Assembly: GCA_009694085.1 (NCBI GenBank)
Contig: SHVW01000001.1
Coordinates: 8,164-72,163, forward strand
Reading direction: 5' to 3'
From: Alphaproteobacteria bacterium
GTDB lineage: Bacteria > Pseudomonadota > Alphaproteobacteria > SHVW01
DNA: 64,000 nt
Shown: positions 50,379 to 59,413 of the stretch, piece by piece
How positions within the stretch are numbered: the first letter of the stretch is position 1
Layout of the letters: each line of letters starts with the position of its first letter
Made by a program: the position numbers and the translations under genes
Notes under the pieces: generated by a model
The model's database searches: none
What the model was told of the DNA's origin: nothing
The model's input: only the letters and a program-made list of their open reading frames with translations

Positions 50379-50783
50379 AAGGCATCCGAGCGGCGCGCCA
50401 GATTGTCGCCCCGTTCGGATCGACAAGGTTGGCTGAGGTGTGCGGTAAGTCAGCGCCGCCGCCGCCGGGCGCTGGGTTGACCCAGCCCTGGCACGCCCTG
50501 AAAACCGCATTGAGAGCGCTCGCCAGGTAGGCACAGCCGTCTGACAATCCGCGTGTCGCGGCAGTCATGCTTGTCTGTGCGTGTGGGCACATGCCGATCG
50601 TTGGGCGGTTCCCTCGAATGATCCCGGTTTCGGCTTGCCTCTACTTAAATCGTCGAAACAACGACAGCGAACCGCTTTGACCTAGCACAAGGTGCCGCTG
50701 AAACGCCCTTGAGATGGATCAAGGCGAAAACCTTGACGGGCGCGTAGCTTGGTCATCGGATCAGCCAAATACGCAGGAAGGCC

Positions 50784-51434
50784 ATGTTCGCTAGGGATGT
50801 CATGACCCGAAATATCTGCATGGTGACCCCGGACACGCCGGTGCCGGCGATCGCCAGGCTTTTGTTGCAGCACCGCATCAGCGCTGTGCCGGTCGTAGCG
50901 GCCGACGAACGCATCGTCGGTATCGTCAGCGAAGGCGACCTGATGCGGCGGCCTGAAATCGGTACGGAACGGCGACGCGCCTGGTGGCTTGAGATGATGT
51001 TGTCGCGCGCGGACCTTGCCGGCGACTTCGTGAAAATGAACGGCCGATCGGCGCGCGATGTCATGACTGCCAGCGTCGTAACGGTCGGCGAAGACGCAAC
51101 GGTCGGAGAAATCGCGGCATTGTTGGAGGAAAAACGCATTAAGCGCGTACCTGTCGTGCGCGATGGACTGGTTGTGGGCATCGTAAGTCGGTCGAATTTG
51201 CTGCAAGGGCTGGCTGCGTCGGCCGGTCCCGAGCGATCACTAGGGCAAGTTCGTAGACGATTGCTGCCGACCCATCGCGTCGGGCTACGAGAGCCGTTCT
51301 GGTCTTGCCTTCGAGCAGGCCGCGCCTGTCAAGCCGGTCGATGGCACCGGCGCCGGCCAACAGCACCAGGTCGGCATGGGTTCCGCTTTCGATCCGCTCC
51401 GCCAGCTGCGCGCTTGACGCGAAGGTTGGGGTAA
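50784..51434 (+). CDS. CBS-domain pair protein. The 3' ~50 codons are probably read-through after loss of the native stop.
   Basis: Two CBS motifs ('ARDVMT...VTPDT...ISAVPVV..DERIVGIVSEGDL' and 'ARDVMTASVVTV...IKRVPVV.DGLVVGIVSRSNL'). The C-terminal tail is Arg/Pro-rich and overlaps the modA fragment on the opposite strand. Confidence 0.55.
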   Translation: MFARDVMTRNICMVTPDTPVPAIARLLLQHRISAVPVVAADERIVGIVSEGDLMRRPEIGTERRRAWWLEMMLSRADLAGDFVKMNGRSARDVMTASVVTVGEDATVGEIAALLEEKRIKRVPVVRDGLVVGIVSRSNLLQGLAASAGPERSLGQVRRRLLPTHRVGLREPFWSCLRAGRACQAGRWHRRRPTAPGRHGFRFRSAPPAARLTRRLG

Positions 51435-51585
51435 CCCGATGGATGGTGGCGCGCTCGAACCGGGCGGCTAACTCTTGAAGGGCTCCGCGCATGGTGTCGT
51501 CGACGAAAATGGTCATACGGTCGCTGGCAACCGCATTTATGGGCGACGCAAGCAGCAAGATAAGGATGGCCAGGCGTGCGATCAC
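51139..51585 (-). pseudogene. modA: Molybdate-binding protein ModA-like, 5' fragment (signal peptide plus ~115 N-terminal residues), truncated.
   Basis: 'MIARLAILILLLASPINAVASDRMTIFVDDTMRGALQELAARFERATIHRVTPTFASSAQL...ADLVLLAG' resembles the ModA N-terminal lobe. The C-terminal ~35 aa are Arg/Pro-rich nonsense and overlap the CBS gene. Confidence 0.4.
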
Positions 51586-51588
51586 GGT

Positions 51589-51980
51589 TCAGGTCCGATA
51601 AATCGTTTTGGGATCGATGTCGGCGGTTCCAATGGTTTCCAACCGTCCCTGGCGCCAGGCGCGGAAAAAGCAGTTGTGTTGGCCGGTGTGGCAGGCGGCG
51701 CCGGTCTGATCGACCAGGAGCAAGACGGTATCGCCGTCGCAGTCGCTCCGAAACTCGACGAGCCTCTGGCGATGGCCGGACGTTTCACCCTTGCGCCAGA
51801 GCTGGCGGCGCGAACGCGACCAGTAGCAGGCATAGCCCGTGCGCAAGGTTTCCTCGACCGCGTCGCGGTTCATCCAGGCCAGCATGAGCATTTCGCCGGT
51901 GTCGTGCTGCTGAGCGGCCGCGGGGATAAGCCCCTCGGCATTGAAGGCGATGGCCTCGATCAGGGGGGCAGTTCCGTCAT
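51589..51980 (-). CDS. hisI: Phosphoribosyl-AMP cyclohydrolase HisI. The N-terminal part is out of frame with the only upstream ATG.
   Basis: Track ORF 51589..51891 encodes '[16 protein letters not shown]...[51 protein letters not shown]' (HisI core). The conserved upstream residues '[24 protein letters not shown]' are encoded in-frame but have no start codon. The ATG overlapping the metC stop (ATGA) is in the +1 frame and hits a stop after a C6/G6 run. Confidence 0.65.
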
Positions 51981-53149
51981 TTTACCTTGGCGAGGCGCTC
52001 GAAGCCGCCCCTGAGGTCGGCGATGAGATCGTCCGGGTCTTCGAGCCCGGCATGCAAGCGTAGGACCGGCCCGGCCGCATCGAACGGCTTGACCGTGCGA
52101 ATCTTGTTGGGCTCGACATGCAGGATCAAGCTCTCGAAGCCGCCCCAGCTATAGCCCATGGCGAATAGCGACATGCCATCGAGCATGGCGGCCACGGCGG
52201 CCTCGGATGCCGGCTTCAGCACGCAGCTAAACAGGCCGCAAGCGCCGGTAAAATCGCGCTTCCAAAAGGCATGGCCGATAGCATCGGGCAGGGCTGGGTG
52301 CAGAACGCGCTCGACCTCGGGGCGTTGCTGGAGCCAGCGGGCGAGGTGCAGGCCGGTTGCATAATGCTGCTTCAGGCGCACGCCCATGGTGCGCAAGCCG
52401 CGCAGCCCCAGATAGATATCGTCCGGCCCGGCACAATAGCCGAGCCCCGCGACCGCATTCTTGACCGTCATGAAATGCTGTTCGTTGGTCACGACCAGGC
52501 CGAGCATGGCATCGGAATGCCCGACCACATATTTGGTCGCGGCATGGATCGACACGTCGACGCCATGGGCGAAGGGGCTGAAGAAATAACCGGCCGCCCA
52601 GGTGTTATCCATCAGCACGACCGCGCCCGCCGCATGGGCCGCCTTGGCAATGGCCGGGATGTCCTGGACCTCGAAGGTGAGCGAGCCCGGCGCCTCCGTG
52701 AACACCACCTTGGTATTGGGCTTGATGAGGGCAGCGATGCCGGCACCGATCATGGGATCGTAGAAGCTGGTCTCGACACCCATGTTTTTCAGCATGCCGG
52801 TGGCGAAGGCCCGGCTTGGGCCATAGACGCTGTCGACCATGAGCACATGATCGCCTTGCTTGACGAAGGCGAGGAGTGCGGCACAGATCGCGGCCAAGCC
52901 GGAGGGCAGGGTGGCGGCGCGGAAACCGCCTTCGAGCGCTGCCATCGCGTCTTCGAGCGCGAAGGTCGTTGGCGTGCCGTGGCGGCCATAGGTCACCGCG
53001 CCGGGTTGATGGCGGCTGGCCTGCGCGGCCTTTAACGCGGCGACGGTTGGATAAACGATGGTCGAGGCGTGATAGACCGGCGGATTGACCACGCCATGGT
53101 TGGCGCTGGGCTTGCGGCCCTTGTGAGCGAGCAGTGTGTCTTTTTTCAT
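51977..53149 (-). CDS. metC: Cystathionine beta-lyase / Cys-Met-metabolism PLP enzyme.
   Basis: '[15 protein letters not shown]' PLP-Lys region, ~390 aa, CGS/CBL family. Start taken at '[11 protein letters not shown]'. Confidence 0.75.
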   Translation of the reverse strand: MKKDTLLAHKGRKPSANHGVVNPPVYHASTIVYPTVAALKAAQASRHQPGAVTYGRHGTPTTFALEDAMAALEGGFRAATLPSGLAAICAALLAFVKQGDHVLMVDSVYGPSRAFATGMLKNMGVETSFYDPMIGAGIAALIKPNTKVVFTEAPGSLTFEVQDIPAIAKAAHAAGAVVLMDNTWAAGYFFSPFAHGVDVSIHAATKYVVGHSDAMLGLVVTNEQHFMTVKNAVAGLGYCAGPDDIYLGLRGLRTMGVRLKQHYATGLHLARWLQQRPEVERVLHPALPDAIGHAFWKRDFTGACGLFSCVLKPASEAAVAAMLDGMSLFAMGYSWGGFESLILHVEPNKIRTVKPFDAAGPVLRLHAGLEDPDDLIADLRGGFERLAKVK

Positions 53150-53419
53150 GTCAGGGCCATACCGTCCATAGGTCGCGTGGGCCAGCATGTTGCCTCCGGG
53201 GCCATCGGGACGCCAGCGGGTTTTTGCCGGCCTTGCGCGCTCTGGAAGGCTTGAGACGCCCCGTGGTCCGTGTTAGCTTACGGCCACAGGGGCCTACCGA
53301 ACGGGCCGATGACGTTGCCGACGACCGGGGCCGAGATGTCCGGAGGGCGGCATGCAACGGTTTGCGGGGGCCGCGTCTGCTAGCGGGATCGCGGCGGGCG
53401 TCAACAATCGAACAGGGGC

Positions 53420-54451
53420 ATGAATTCGATGAAACATCTCTCCCTCGTCGCCGCCGGCGCGGCGCTCGCCATGTTCTCCATGGCTGGCACCGTTGAGGCG
53501 CAGCAAACTCTCGCTCAGGTCAAGCAGCGCGGCCTGATTCAATGCGGCGTCAGCCAGAGCCTTCCCGGCTTTGCCAATCCGGACGCGCAGGGCAACTGGG
53601 CCGGTTTCGACGTCGATATGTGCAAGGCCATTGCGGCCGCCGTTTTCGGCGACGTCAAGCGCGTGAAATACGTGCCGACCACGGCGCGCGAGCGCTTCAC
53701 GGTCCTCCAGGCCGGCGATGCCGATCTGCTCGCGCGCAACACGACCTGGACCATGAGCCGCGATACTCAGCTCGGCTTCGACTTCGTCGGCATCAATTTC
53801 TACGATGGCCAGGGCTTCATGGTCCGCAAGGATCTGAACGTGAAGTCCGCCAAGCAGCTTGCCGGCGCAGCCGTATGCACCCAGACCGGCACGACGACCG
53901 AACTGAACGTGGCCGACTTTTTCCGCACGAACAAGATGGCCTACAAGGTCGTCGCCTTCGAAAAGAACGACGAAGTGTTGGCTGCCTATGACAGCGGCCG
54001 CTGCGACGTGTTCACGACCGATCGTTCCGGCCTGGCTGCCGACCGCACCAAGCTGAAGGATCCCAACGCCCATATCATCCTGCCCGACGTCATCTCCAAG
54101 GAGCCGCTCGGCCCGCTCGTGCGCCACGGCGACAACAACTGGGGCGATGTCATCCGCTGGGCCTTCTTCGCCATGGTCAATGCCGAGGAGCTCGGCATCA
54201 CCCAGGCGAACGTCGATCAGATGGCTAATTCCCCGAACCCCGAGATCAAGCGCCTGCTCGGCAAGGAAGGCGATTTTGGCAAGATGTTGGGCCTGGACAA
54301 CAACTGGGCCCACAACATCATCAAGATGGTTGGCAATTACGGCGAATCCTACGAGCGCAACGTCGGCCCCAAGACCCCGATCGGTCTGGAGCGCGGCGTC
54401 AATGCGTTGTGGACGGCTGGCGGCTTGCAATACGCGCCGCCGGTTCGCTGA
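53420..54451 (+). CDS. aapJ: General L-amino-acid ABC transporter substrate-binding protein (AapJ/BztA-like).
   Basis: 'LIQCGVSQSLPGFANPDAQGNWAGFDVDMCKAIAAAVFGD...ARNTTWTMSRD' is characteristic of AapJ. Confidence 0.7.
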   Translation: MNSMKHLSLVAAGAALAMFSMAGTVEAQQTLAQVKQRGLIQCGVSQSLPGFANPDAQGNWAGFDVDMCKAIAAAVFGDVKRVKYVPTTARERFTVLQAGDADLLARNTTWTMSRDTQLGFDFVGINFYDGQGFMVRKDLNVKSAKQLAGAAVCTQTGTTTELNVADFFRTNKMAYKVVAFEKNDEVLAAYDSGRCDVFTTDRSGLAADRTKLKDPNAHIILPDVISKEPLGPLVRHGDNNWGDVIRWAFFAMVNAEELGITQANVDQMANSPNPEIKRLLGKEGDFGKMLGLDNNWAHNIIKMVGNYGESYERNVGPKTPIGLERGVNALWTAGGLQYAPPVR

Positions 54452-54598
54452 ACATCCTCTAAGCGACAGCCGGTGGACGGCTTCGGCACGATCGTCGAAG
54501 CCGTCCCGCCGGTCATCGTGAGCTAGGCTGGGAAAAGCTGGATCGGACTTGGACCGGTTCCGCGAGGCGCAAAGCCAGGCCTGAAGGGGAGGCGTTCG

Positions 54599-55789
54599 AT
54601 GGCTGTGGAAGTTCGCGGCGGCGCTGCGCCGCCCAGCGTCGCGGTATGGAACGACCCGCGCGCGCGCGCGATTATCTTCCAGGCGCTCGCGCTCGCCGCG
54701 GTCGTCGCATTCGGCTTGTACATCTTCAACAATACCTACACCAACCTCGAAAAGCGCGGCATCGCGTCCGGCTTCGCGTTCCTGGGCTCGACCGCCGGCT
54801 TCGGCATCATCATGCATCTCATCCCCTATGCCGAAGATTCGAGCTACGGGGTCGCGATGCTGGTCGGCCTGCTCAATACATTGGCGGTGGCCGCGGTCGG
54901 CATCGTGCTGGCGACCGTGCTGGGGTTCGTGGTCGGCATCGCTCGCCTGTCGCGCAACTGGCTGATCTCGCGCATCGCCTACGTCTATATCGAAAGCATG
55001 CGGAACGTGCCGCTGCTGCTGCAGATATTCTTTTGGTATCAACTCCTGGGCAAATCGGTTCCGGGCCCGAAGCAGAGCATCGTCTTCCTCGATATCTTCT
55101 TCCTGAACAATCGCGGATTCTACACCCCCGCGCCGGTGTTCGAAGAAGGTTTCTGGGAAATCGTTGTTGGTTTTGTCGTCGCTTGCATTGGGTCGTTCTA
55201 CCTGTCGCGTTGGTCGCGCCGGCGCCAGGAAGCGACGGGTCAGCAATTCCCGGTCTTTCTGACTTCGCTCGGCTTGATCGTTGTCTTGCCGCTTCTCGTG
55301 GCCCTCGTCGCGGGCATGCCGTTTCATTGGGATTATCCGTCGCTCCAGGGTTTCAATTTCACGGGCGGCATGGTGCTGATCCCAGAATTCGTGTCCCTGA
55401 CCTTCGCGCTGGTCGTCTACACCGCTGCCTACATCGGCGAGATCGTGCGCTCCGGCATCGTGGCGGTCAGCCATGGCCAAACCGAGGCTGCCTACTCCCT
55501 GGGATTGCGGCCGGGGCCGACGCTACGCCTGGTGGTCATTCCTCAGGCCATGCGCATCATCATCCCGCCGCTCACCAGCCAGTTCCTCAACCTGACGAAA
55601 AATTCGTCGCTCGCAACCGCGATCGCCTATCCCGATCTGGTCGCCGTTTTTGCTGGCACAATCCTCAATCAGACCGGGCAGGCGGTGGAATGCATGGCCA
55701 TCACCATGGCGATCTATCTAACCACTAGCCTGCTGACATCCATGTTCATGAACTGGTTCAACGCCAGCGTCGCGTTGAAGGAACGTTGA
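54599..55789 (+). CDS. aapQ: General L-amino-acid ABC permease (AapQ-like).
   Basis: 396 aa His/Glu/Gln/Arg/opine-family permease with a long N-terminal extension typical of AapQ. Confidence 0.7.
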   Translation: MAVEVRGGAAPPSVAVWNDPRARAIIFQALALAAVVAFGLYIFNNTYTNLEKRGIASGFAFLGSTAGFGIIMHLIPYAEDSSYGVAMLVGLLNTLAVAAVGIVLATVLGFVVGIARLSRNWLISRIAYVYIESMRNVPLLLQIFFWYQLLGKSVPGPKQSIVFLDIFFLNNRGFYTPAPVFEEGFWEIVVGFVVACIGSFYLSRWSRRRQEATGQQFPVFLTSLGLIVVLPLLVALVAGMPFHWDYPSLQGFNFTGGMVLIPEFVSLTFALVVYTAAYIGEIVRSGIVAVSHGQTEAAYSLGLRPGPTLRLVVIPQAMRIIIPPLTSQFLNLTKNSSLATAIAYPDLVAVFAGTILNQTGQAVECMAITMAIYLTTSLLTSMFMNWFNASVALKER

Positions 55790-55793
55790 GCCC

Positions 55794-56954
55794 ATGTCGA
55801 TCGCAACCGTCAGCTTCGAGCCCAAGCCGAGCCTGCCGCCGCCGGTGGCCACGGCCGGTCTTTTGGGTTGGCTCCGCGCCAATTTGTTTTCCTCGTGGCT
55901 GAACGCGGCGTTCACGCTGGCTACGCTCTACCTGCTGTGGCGCGTGCTGCCCCCGATCTTCGATTGGATGATCGCGGAAGCGGTCTGGGTCGGCGACAAG
56001 ACCGAGGAGTGCAAGAACGCGGATGAAACGCGCAAGGGCGGAGCGTGCTGGATTTACGTGCGCGCCCGCGTCAGCGGTTTCATGTACGGCCTTTATCCCT
56101 ACGATCTGCGCTGGCGGGTCGATCTGGCTGGCGCGGTGGCGCTCGCCTTGATGGTGCCGGTCTTCATCAAGGCCATGCCGTACCGGGCCATCTACGGCTT
56201 GGCGGCGATTCTCCTGGTGCCTGCTTTGGCCAGCCTGCTGTTCTACGGTTGGTACGATTTCCCCCCCAACGTGCCGGAGGCCCAAACCCATCCCTGGCGC
56301 GTGGTGGAAACCGCCAAATGGGGCGGGTTGTCGCTGACCCTGCTGATTGCCTGGGTCGGCATCGGCGCCTCGTTGCCGATCGGAGTTGTGCTCGCGCTCG
56401 GCCGGCGCTCCAAGATGCCCATCGTCAGCGCCTTGTGCGTCGGATTTATCGAGCTGTGGCGCGGCGTACCGCTGATCACCGTGATGTTCATGTCGTCGGT
56501 GATGTTGCCGCTGTTCCTGCCCGAGGGGGTCACTTTCGACAAGCTGCTGCGAGCGCTCATCGGCGTTACGCTGTTTTCGGCCGCCTATCTGGCCGAGGTC
56601 GTGCGCGGCGGTCTCCAGGCGATCCCGCGCGGTCAGTTCGAGGCGGCCTCGGCGCTCGGCCTCAGCTATCCCAAGTCCATGGCGCTGATCGTGCTCCCCC
56701 AGGCGCTCAAGATCGTCATTCCCGGCATCGTCAACAGCTTCATCGGCCTATTCAAGGATACGACGCTGGTGGCGATCATCGGCATGTACGACTTCCTCGG
56801 CGCCGTTGCGCTCGGCAATGCCGATCCGAAATGGCTAGGCTATGCCGTCGAAGGCTATGTGTTTGCCGCGCTGTTCTATTTCGTGTTCTGCTTCAGCATG
56901 TCGCGCTACAGCCTGGCACTGGAGCGCAAGCTCAATACCGGCCACAAGCGTTGA
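55794..56954 (+). CDS. aapM: General L-amino-acid ABC permease (AapM-like).
   Basis: 386 aa; paralogous to the preceding permease. Confidence 0.7.
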   Translation: MSIATVSFEPKPSLPPPVATAGLLGWLRANLFSSWLNAAFTLATLYLLWRVLPPIFDWMIAEAVWVGDKTEECKNADETRKGGACWIYVRARVSGFMYGLYPYDLRWRVDLAGAVALALMVPVFIKAMPYRAIYGLAAILLVPALASLLFYGWYDFPPNVPEAQTHPWRVVETAKWGGLSLTLLIAWVGIGASLPIGVVLALGRRSKMPIVSALCVGFIELWRGVPLITVMFMSSVMLPLFLPEGVTFDKLLRALIGVTLFSAAYLAEVVRGGLQAIPRGQFEAASALGLSYPKSMALIVLPQALKIVIPGIVNSFIGLFKDTTLVAIIGMYDFLGAVALGNADPKWLGYAVEGYVFAALFYFVFCFSMSRYSLALERKLNTGHKR

Positions 56955-56970
56955 GAAAGGGACAGACGCC

Positions 56971-57750
56971 ATGAGCGCCGCCGTGAAAGACCACGTACAG
57001 AACCTGGCGACCGGCGAGGTCGCCGTCCAGATGGTCGGTGTGCACAAATGGTATGGCGAGTTCCATGTGCTCAAGGACATCAACCTGACCGTCCACCACG
57101 GCGAGCGTATCGTCATCTGCGGACCCTCGGGCTCGGGCAAATCGACACTCATCCGCTGTATCAACCGGTTGGAAGAGCATCAGAAGGGGCAGATCGTCGT
57201 CCAGGGCACGGAGCTGACCAACGACCTCAAGCAGATCGACGCGATCCGGCGCGAGGTCGGGATGGTGTTTCAGCAATTCAATCTGTTTCCCCATTTGACC
57301 GTGCTGGAAAATTGCTGCCTGGCCCTGATCTGGGTACGAAAGATGCCGCGCAAGGACGCCGAAGAGATCGCCATGAAGTACCTGACCCGGGTGCGCATTC
57401 CCGAGCAGGCGCTCAAATACCCGGGACAGCTCTCGGGCGGCCAGCAGCAGCGCGTCGCCATCGCGCGTTCGCTGTGCATGAATCCCAAGGTCATGCTGTT
57501 CGACGAGCCGACCTCGGCGCTCGACCCCGAGATGATCAAGGAAGTGCTCGACGTCATGATCGGGCTCGCCGAGGACGGCATGACCATGCTGTGCGTGACC
57601 CACGAGATGGGTTTTGCCCAGAAAGTCGCCAATCGGGTCATCTTCATGGATCTCGGCGAGATCGTGGAGCAGAACACGCCGACCGAGTTCTTCAACAATC
57701 CGCAATCCGATCGCACCAAGCTGTTCCTGAGCCAGATTCTGCGGCATTAG
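56971..57750 (+). CDS. aapP: General L-amino-acid ABC ATPase (AapP-like).
   Basis: '[13 protein letters not shown]', '[15 protein letters not shown]', '[13 protein letters not shown]'. Start at 'MSAAVKD' with an RBS. Confidence 0.8.
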   Translation: MSAAVKDHVQNLATGEVAVQMVGVHKWYGEFHVLKDINLTVHHGERIVICGPSGSGKSTLIRCINRLEEHQKGQIVVQGTELTNDLKQIDAIRREVGMVFQQFNLFPHLTVLENCCLALIWVRKMPRKDAEEIAMKYLTRVRIPEQALKYPGQLSGGQQQRVAIARSLCMNPKVMLFDEPTSALDPEMIKEVLDVMIGLAEDGMTMLCVTHEMGFAQKVANRVIFMDLGEIVEQNTPTEFFNNPQSDRTKLFLSQILRH

Positions 57751-57761
57751 GCCTCGCCCCT

Positions 57762-58103
57762 ATGAAGGGCGACGCAGTCAAGGATGCCAGCCACCTCTAT
57801 GAGGTGGAGCGGCGGGCCTATCATTTGCAGCGCCCCGGGTTTCGCATCAGCGAGATGCAACTCTCGCCGACCCAGACCGTGCCCTGGCACTTCCACAACC
57901 ATATCAGCGACACGTTCTACGTCATCGAAGGCCAGCTTCGCCTGTTTCTCCAGCAACCGAAGCAGGAGGTTCGCCTCGGCCCCGGCGAAAGCTATTCCGT
58001 CGCCGCTGGCCGGCCCCATCTGGTGACCAATGTCGGCGACACCTCGATGACGATCCTGGTACTCCAAGGGGTTGGGGAATACGACTACGTTCCCCTGGTT
58101 TAA
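57762..58103 (+). CDS. Small cupin-domain protein.
   Basis: 113 aa. 'WHFHNHISDTFYVIEGQLRL' and 'GRPHLVTNVGD' form the cupin His cluster. Confidence 0.55.
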   Translation: MKGDAVKDASHLYEVERRAYHLQRPGFRISEMQLSPTQTVPWHFHNHISDTFYVIEGQLRLFLQQPKQEVRLGPGESYSVAAGRPHLVTNVGDTSMTILVLQGVGEYDYVPLV

Positions 58104-58118
58104 GCCTCGGAGAGCGCC

Positions 58119-58259
58119 ATGACGGTCGATCCATCCCAGCCTAACCATCCGCTGACCGGCGCCCATCTCGATTTCAGCCGGGATATGAGCTATGGCGACT
58201 ATCTCGGCCTTGACGCCATCCTGTCGGCTCAACGGCCGTTGCGGCACAGGGGAAATTGA
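58119..58259 (+). pseudogene. kynA: Tryptophan 2,3-dioxygenase (KynA), N-terminal fragment of 46 codons ending in a premature stop.
   Basis: '[41 protein letters not shown]' matches the conserved TDO N-terminus. GGAGAG RBS. The frame ends at 'TGA' immediately inside a GAATTC site. Confidence 0.55.
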
Positions 58260-58266
58260 ATTCTCC

Positions 58267-58600
58267 GGCTCAGAGGGTCATACTACCAATAATCGTATGG
58301 AGCTGATGGCAGCGATCCAAGCCCTGGCCAGATTGACGGAACCCAGTATGGTCCATATCCATACCGATAGCGAATACGTGCAAAAGGGCATGACGATAAG
58401 GCTGCGCAGAATGAAGGCCGATGGCTGGAAAACATCCCGAGGCAAGCCGATCAAAAATGTGGAGCTATGGCAGGCATTGGATTTGCAGGCACAGCGTCAC
58501 AAGGTTACTTGGATTTGGGTCCGTGGCCACAATGGCGATCCGGGGAACGAGAGAGCGAACAAACTGGCGAGGGGAGCGCACCGATGCATTTTCTCTCCGG
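58267..58600 (+). pseudogene. rnhA: Ribonuclease HI, 3' fragment lacking the N-terminal ~45 residues.
   Basis: 'GHTTNNRMELMAAIQALARL...VHIHTDSEYVQKGMT...WKTSRGKPIKNVELWQALDLQAQRHKVTWIWVRGHNGDPGNERANKLARGA' aligns with RNase HI residues ~45-150. No upstream start, and the first catalytic Asp is missing. Confidence 0.6.
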
Positions 58601-59064
58601 CGTTGACACACGACAGAGGTTGCATTGGGGGCGCTCAAGCGGCGGTCACACGGCAAGCAACTCATCCACCAATCTGCAATGCGACCAATCGGCCGGGGAT
58701 TACCGGATGGCTGGCCGGTATTCGGGGGTCATGCCGAGACATACTTATTTACCCCACAAATGTGCATTTATCGCTCTGCCTCCACGCTTTTGATTTCTGC
58801 ACCCTGCCGAAAAAGTGACACCGTTTCCTATCCCGATTTTGGTACCGGACGTATAAATTTTTCTGATTTTATGCCGTGCTCATGCATCATCATTGCAGGT
58901 ACCCCCCATGGCCCCTGCCCGCCCCGGCTCATGTCGGTTGCCTCAGCTTCGACCCGAGCAATCGTTTAGCGCGTCCACAAACGGACGCGTGCTCACGCTC
59001 TCCACCGAATCGCCAATGCACGTCATCAATGGATATCCGTGCCGAATTCGTGGGGATACGGTGG

Positions 59065-59109
59065 GGCGAAAATGACAAGGGCCTAGCCGTTTCCGACTAA
59101 GCCCTTGTC
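59065..59109 (-). terminator. Rho-independent terminator belonging to the truncated minus-strand tRNA.
   Basis: Stem GACAAGGGC/GCCCTTGTC with an 18-nt loop. On the minus strand it is followed by ATTTTCG. Confidence 0.45.
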
Positions 59110-59114
59110 GCTAT

Positions 59115-59160
59115 TGGTGGGCGCAGTAGGGATTGAACCTACGACCCCTACCATGTCAAC
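59115..59160 (-). other. tRNA 3' fragment (anticodon loop to CCA; probably tRNA-Val GAC) lacking the 5' half.
   Basis: Minus-strand reading ...TTGACAT..GGGGTC-GTAGG-TTCAATC-CCTAC-TGCGCCC-A-CCA gives a perfect T-arm, a 7-nt acceptor 3' strand, discriminator and CCA. No complementary GGGCGCA 5' strand or D-arm is present upstream. Confidence 0.5.
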
Positions 59161-59412
59161 GTCTCGCTCGAAACTGCGTGGCAGGCGGTCTATGCCGATA
59201 CCGCGCGCCACTGGGATTTCAACGAACTCGGCGAGAAGTTGGTCGATATCGAGGACGGTTTCCGCCAGTGGCGCCATCGCCACGCCACGACGGTGGAGCG
59301 CATCGTCGGCGACAAGCGCGGCACCGGCGGCACCTCGGGCGTAGCCTATCTGAAGCAGGCGCTCGACACCCAGCTTTTCCCCGAACTGTGGCGCGTGCGC
59401 ACAGCCCTCTAA
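59158..59412 (+). pseudogene. kynA: Tryptophan 2,3-dioxygenase (KynA), C-terminal fragment of ~85 codons with no start codon.
   Basis: '[83 protein letters not shown]' matches the TDO C-terminus. Same strand and orientation as the N-fragment. Confidence 0.6.
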
Positions 59413-59413
59413 C

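Noticed and set aside
53150-53419. Possible SAM-II-type riboswitch in the metC 5' leader.
   Set aside because: I could not identify the conserved pseudoknot or consensus by eye. It needs a covariance-model search (Rfam RF00521), so it is not reported.
58192-58818. 208-aa track ORF treated as an intact gene.
   Set aside because: It is chimeric: the first 25 codons are an alternative frame of the kynA fragment, the middle is the rnhA fragment without a plausible start, and the last ~70 codons are non-homologous read-through.
58258-59049. The two GAATTC sites taken as proof of a cloning artefact.
   Set aside because: Only the first site coincides with a fragment junction. 6-bp sites occur by chance, so this is kept as a caveat inside the kynA finding rather than a conclusion.
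59115-59190. Minus-strand tRNA-like sequence considered as a complete tRNA gene.
   Set aside because: Only the T-arm, acceptor 3' strand and CCA are tRNA-like. No complementary 5' acceptor strand (GGGCGCA) or D-arm exists in the upstream 40 nt, so it is annotated as a fragment.
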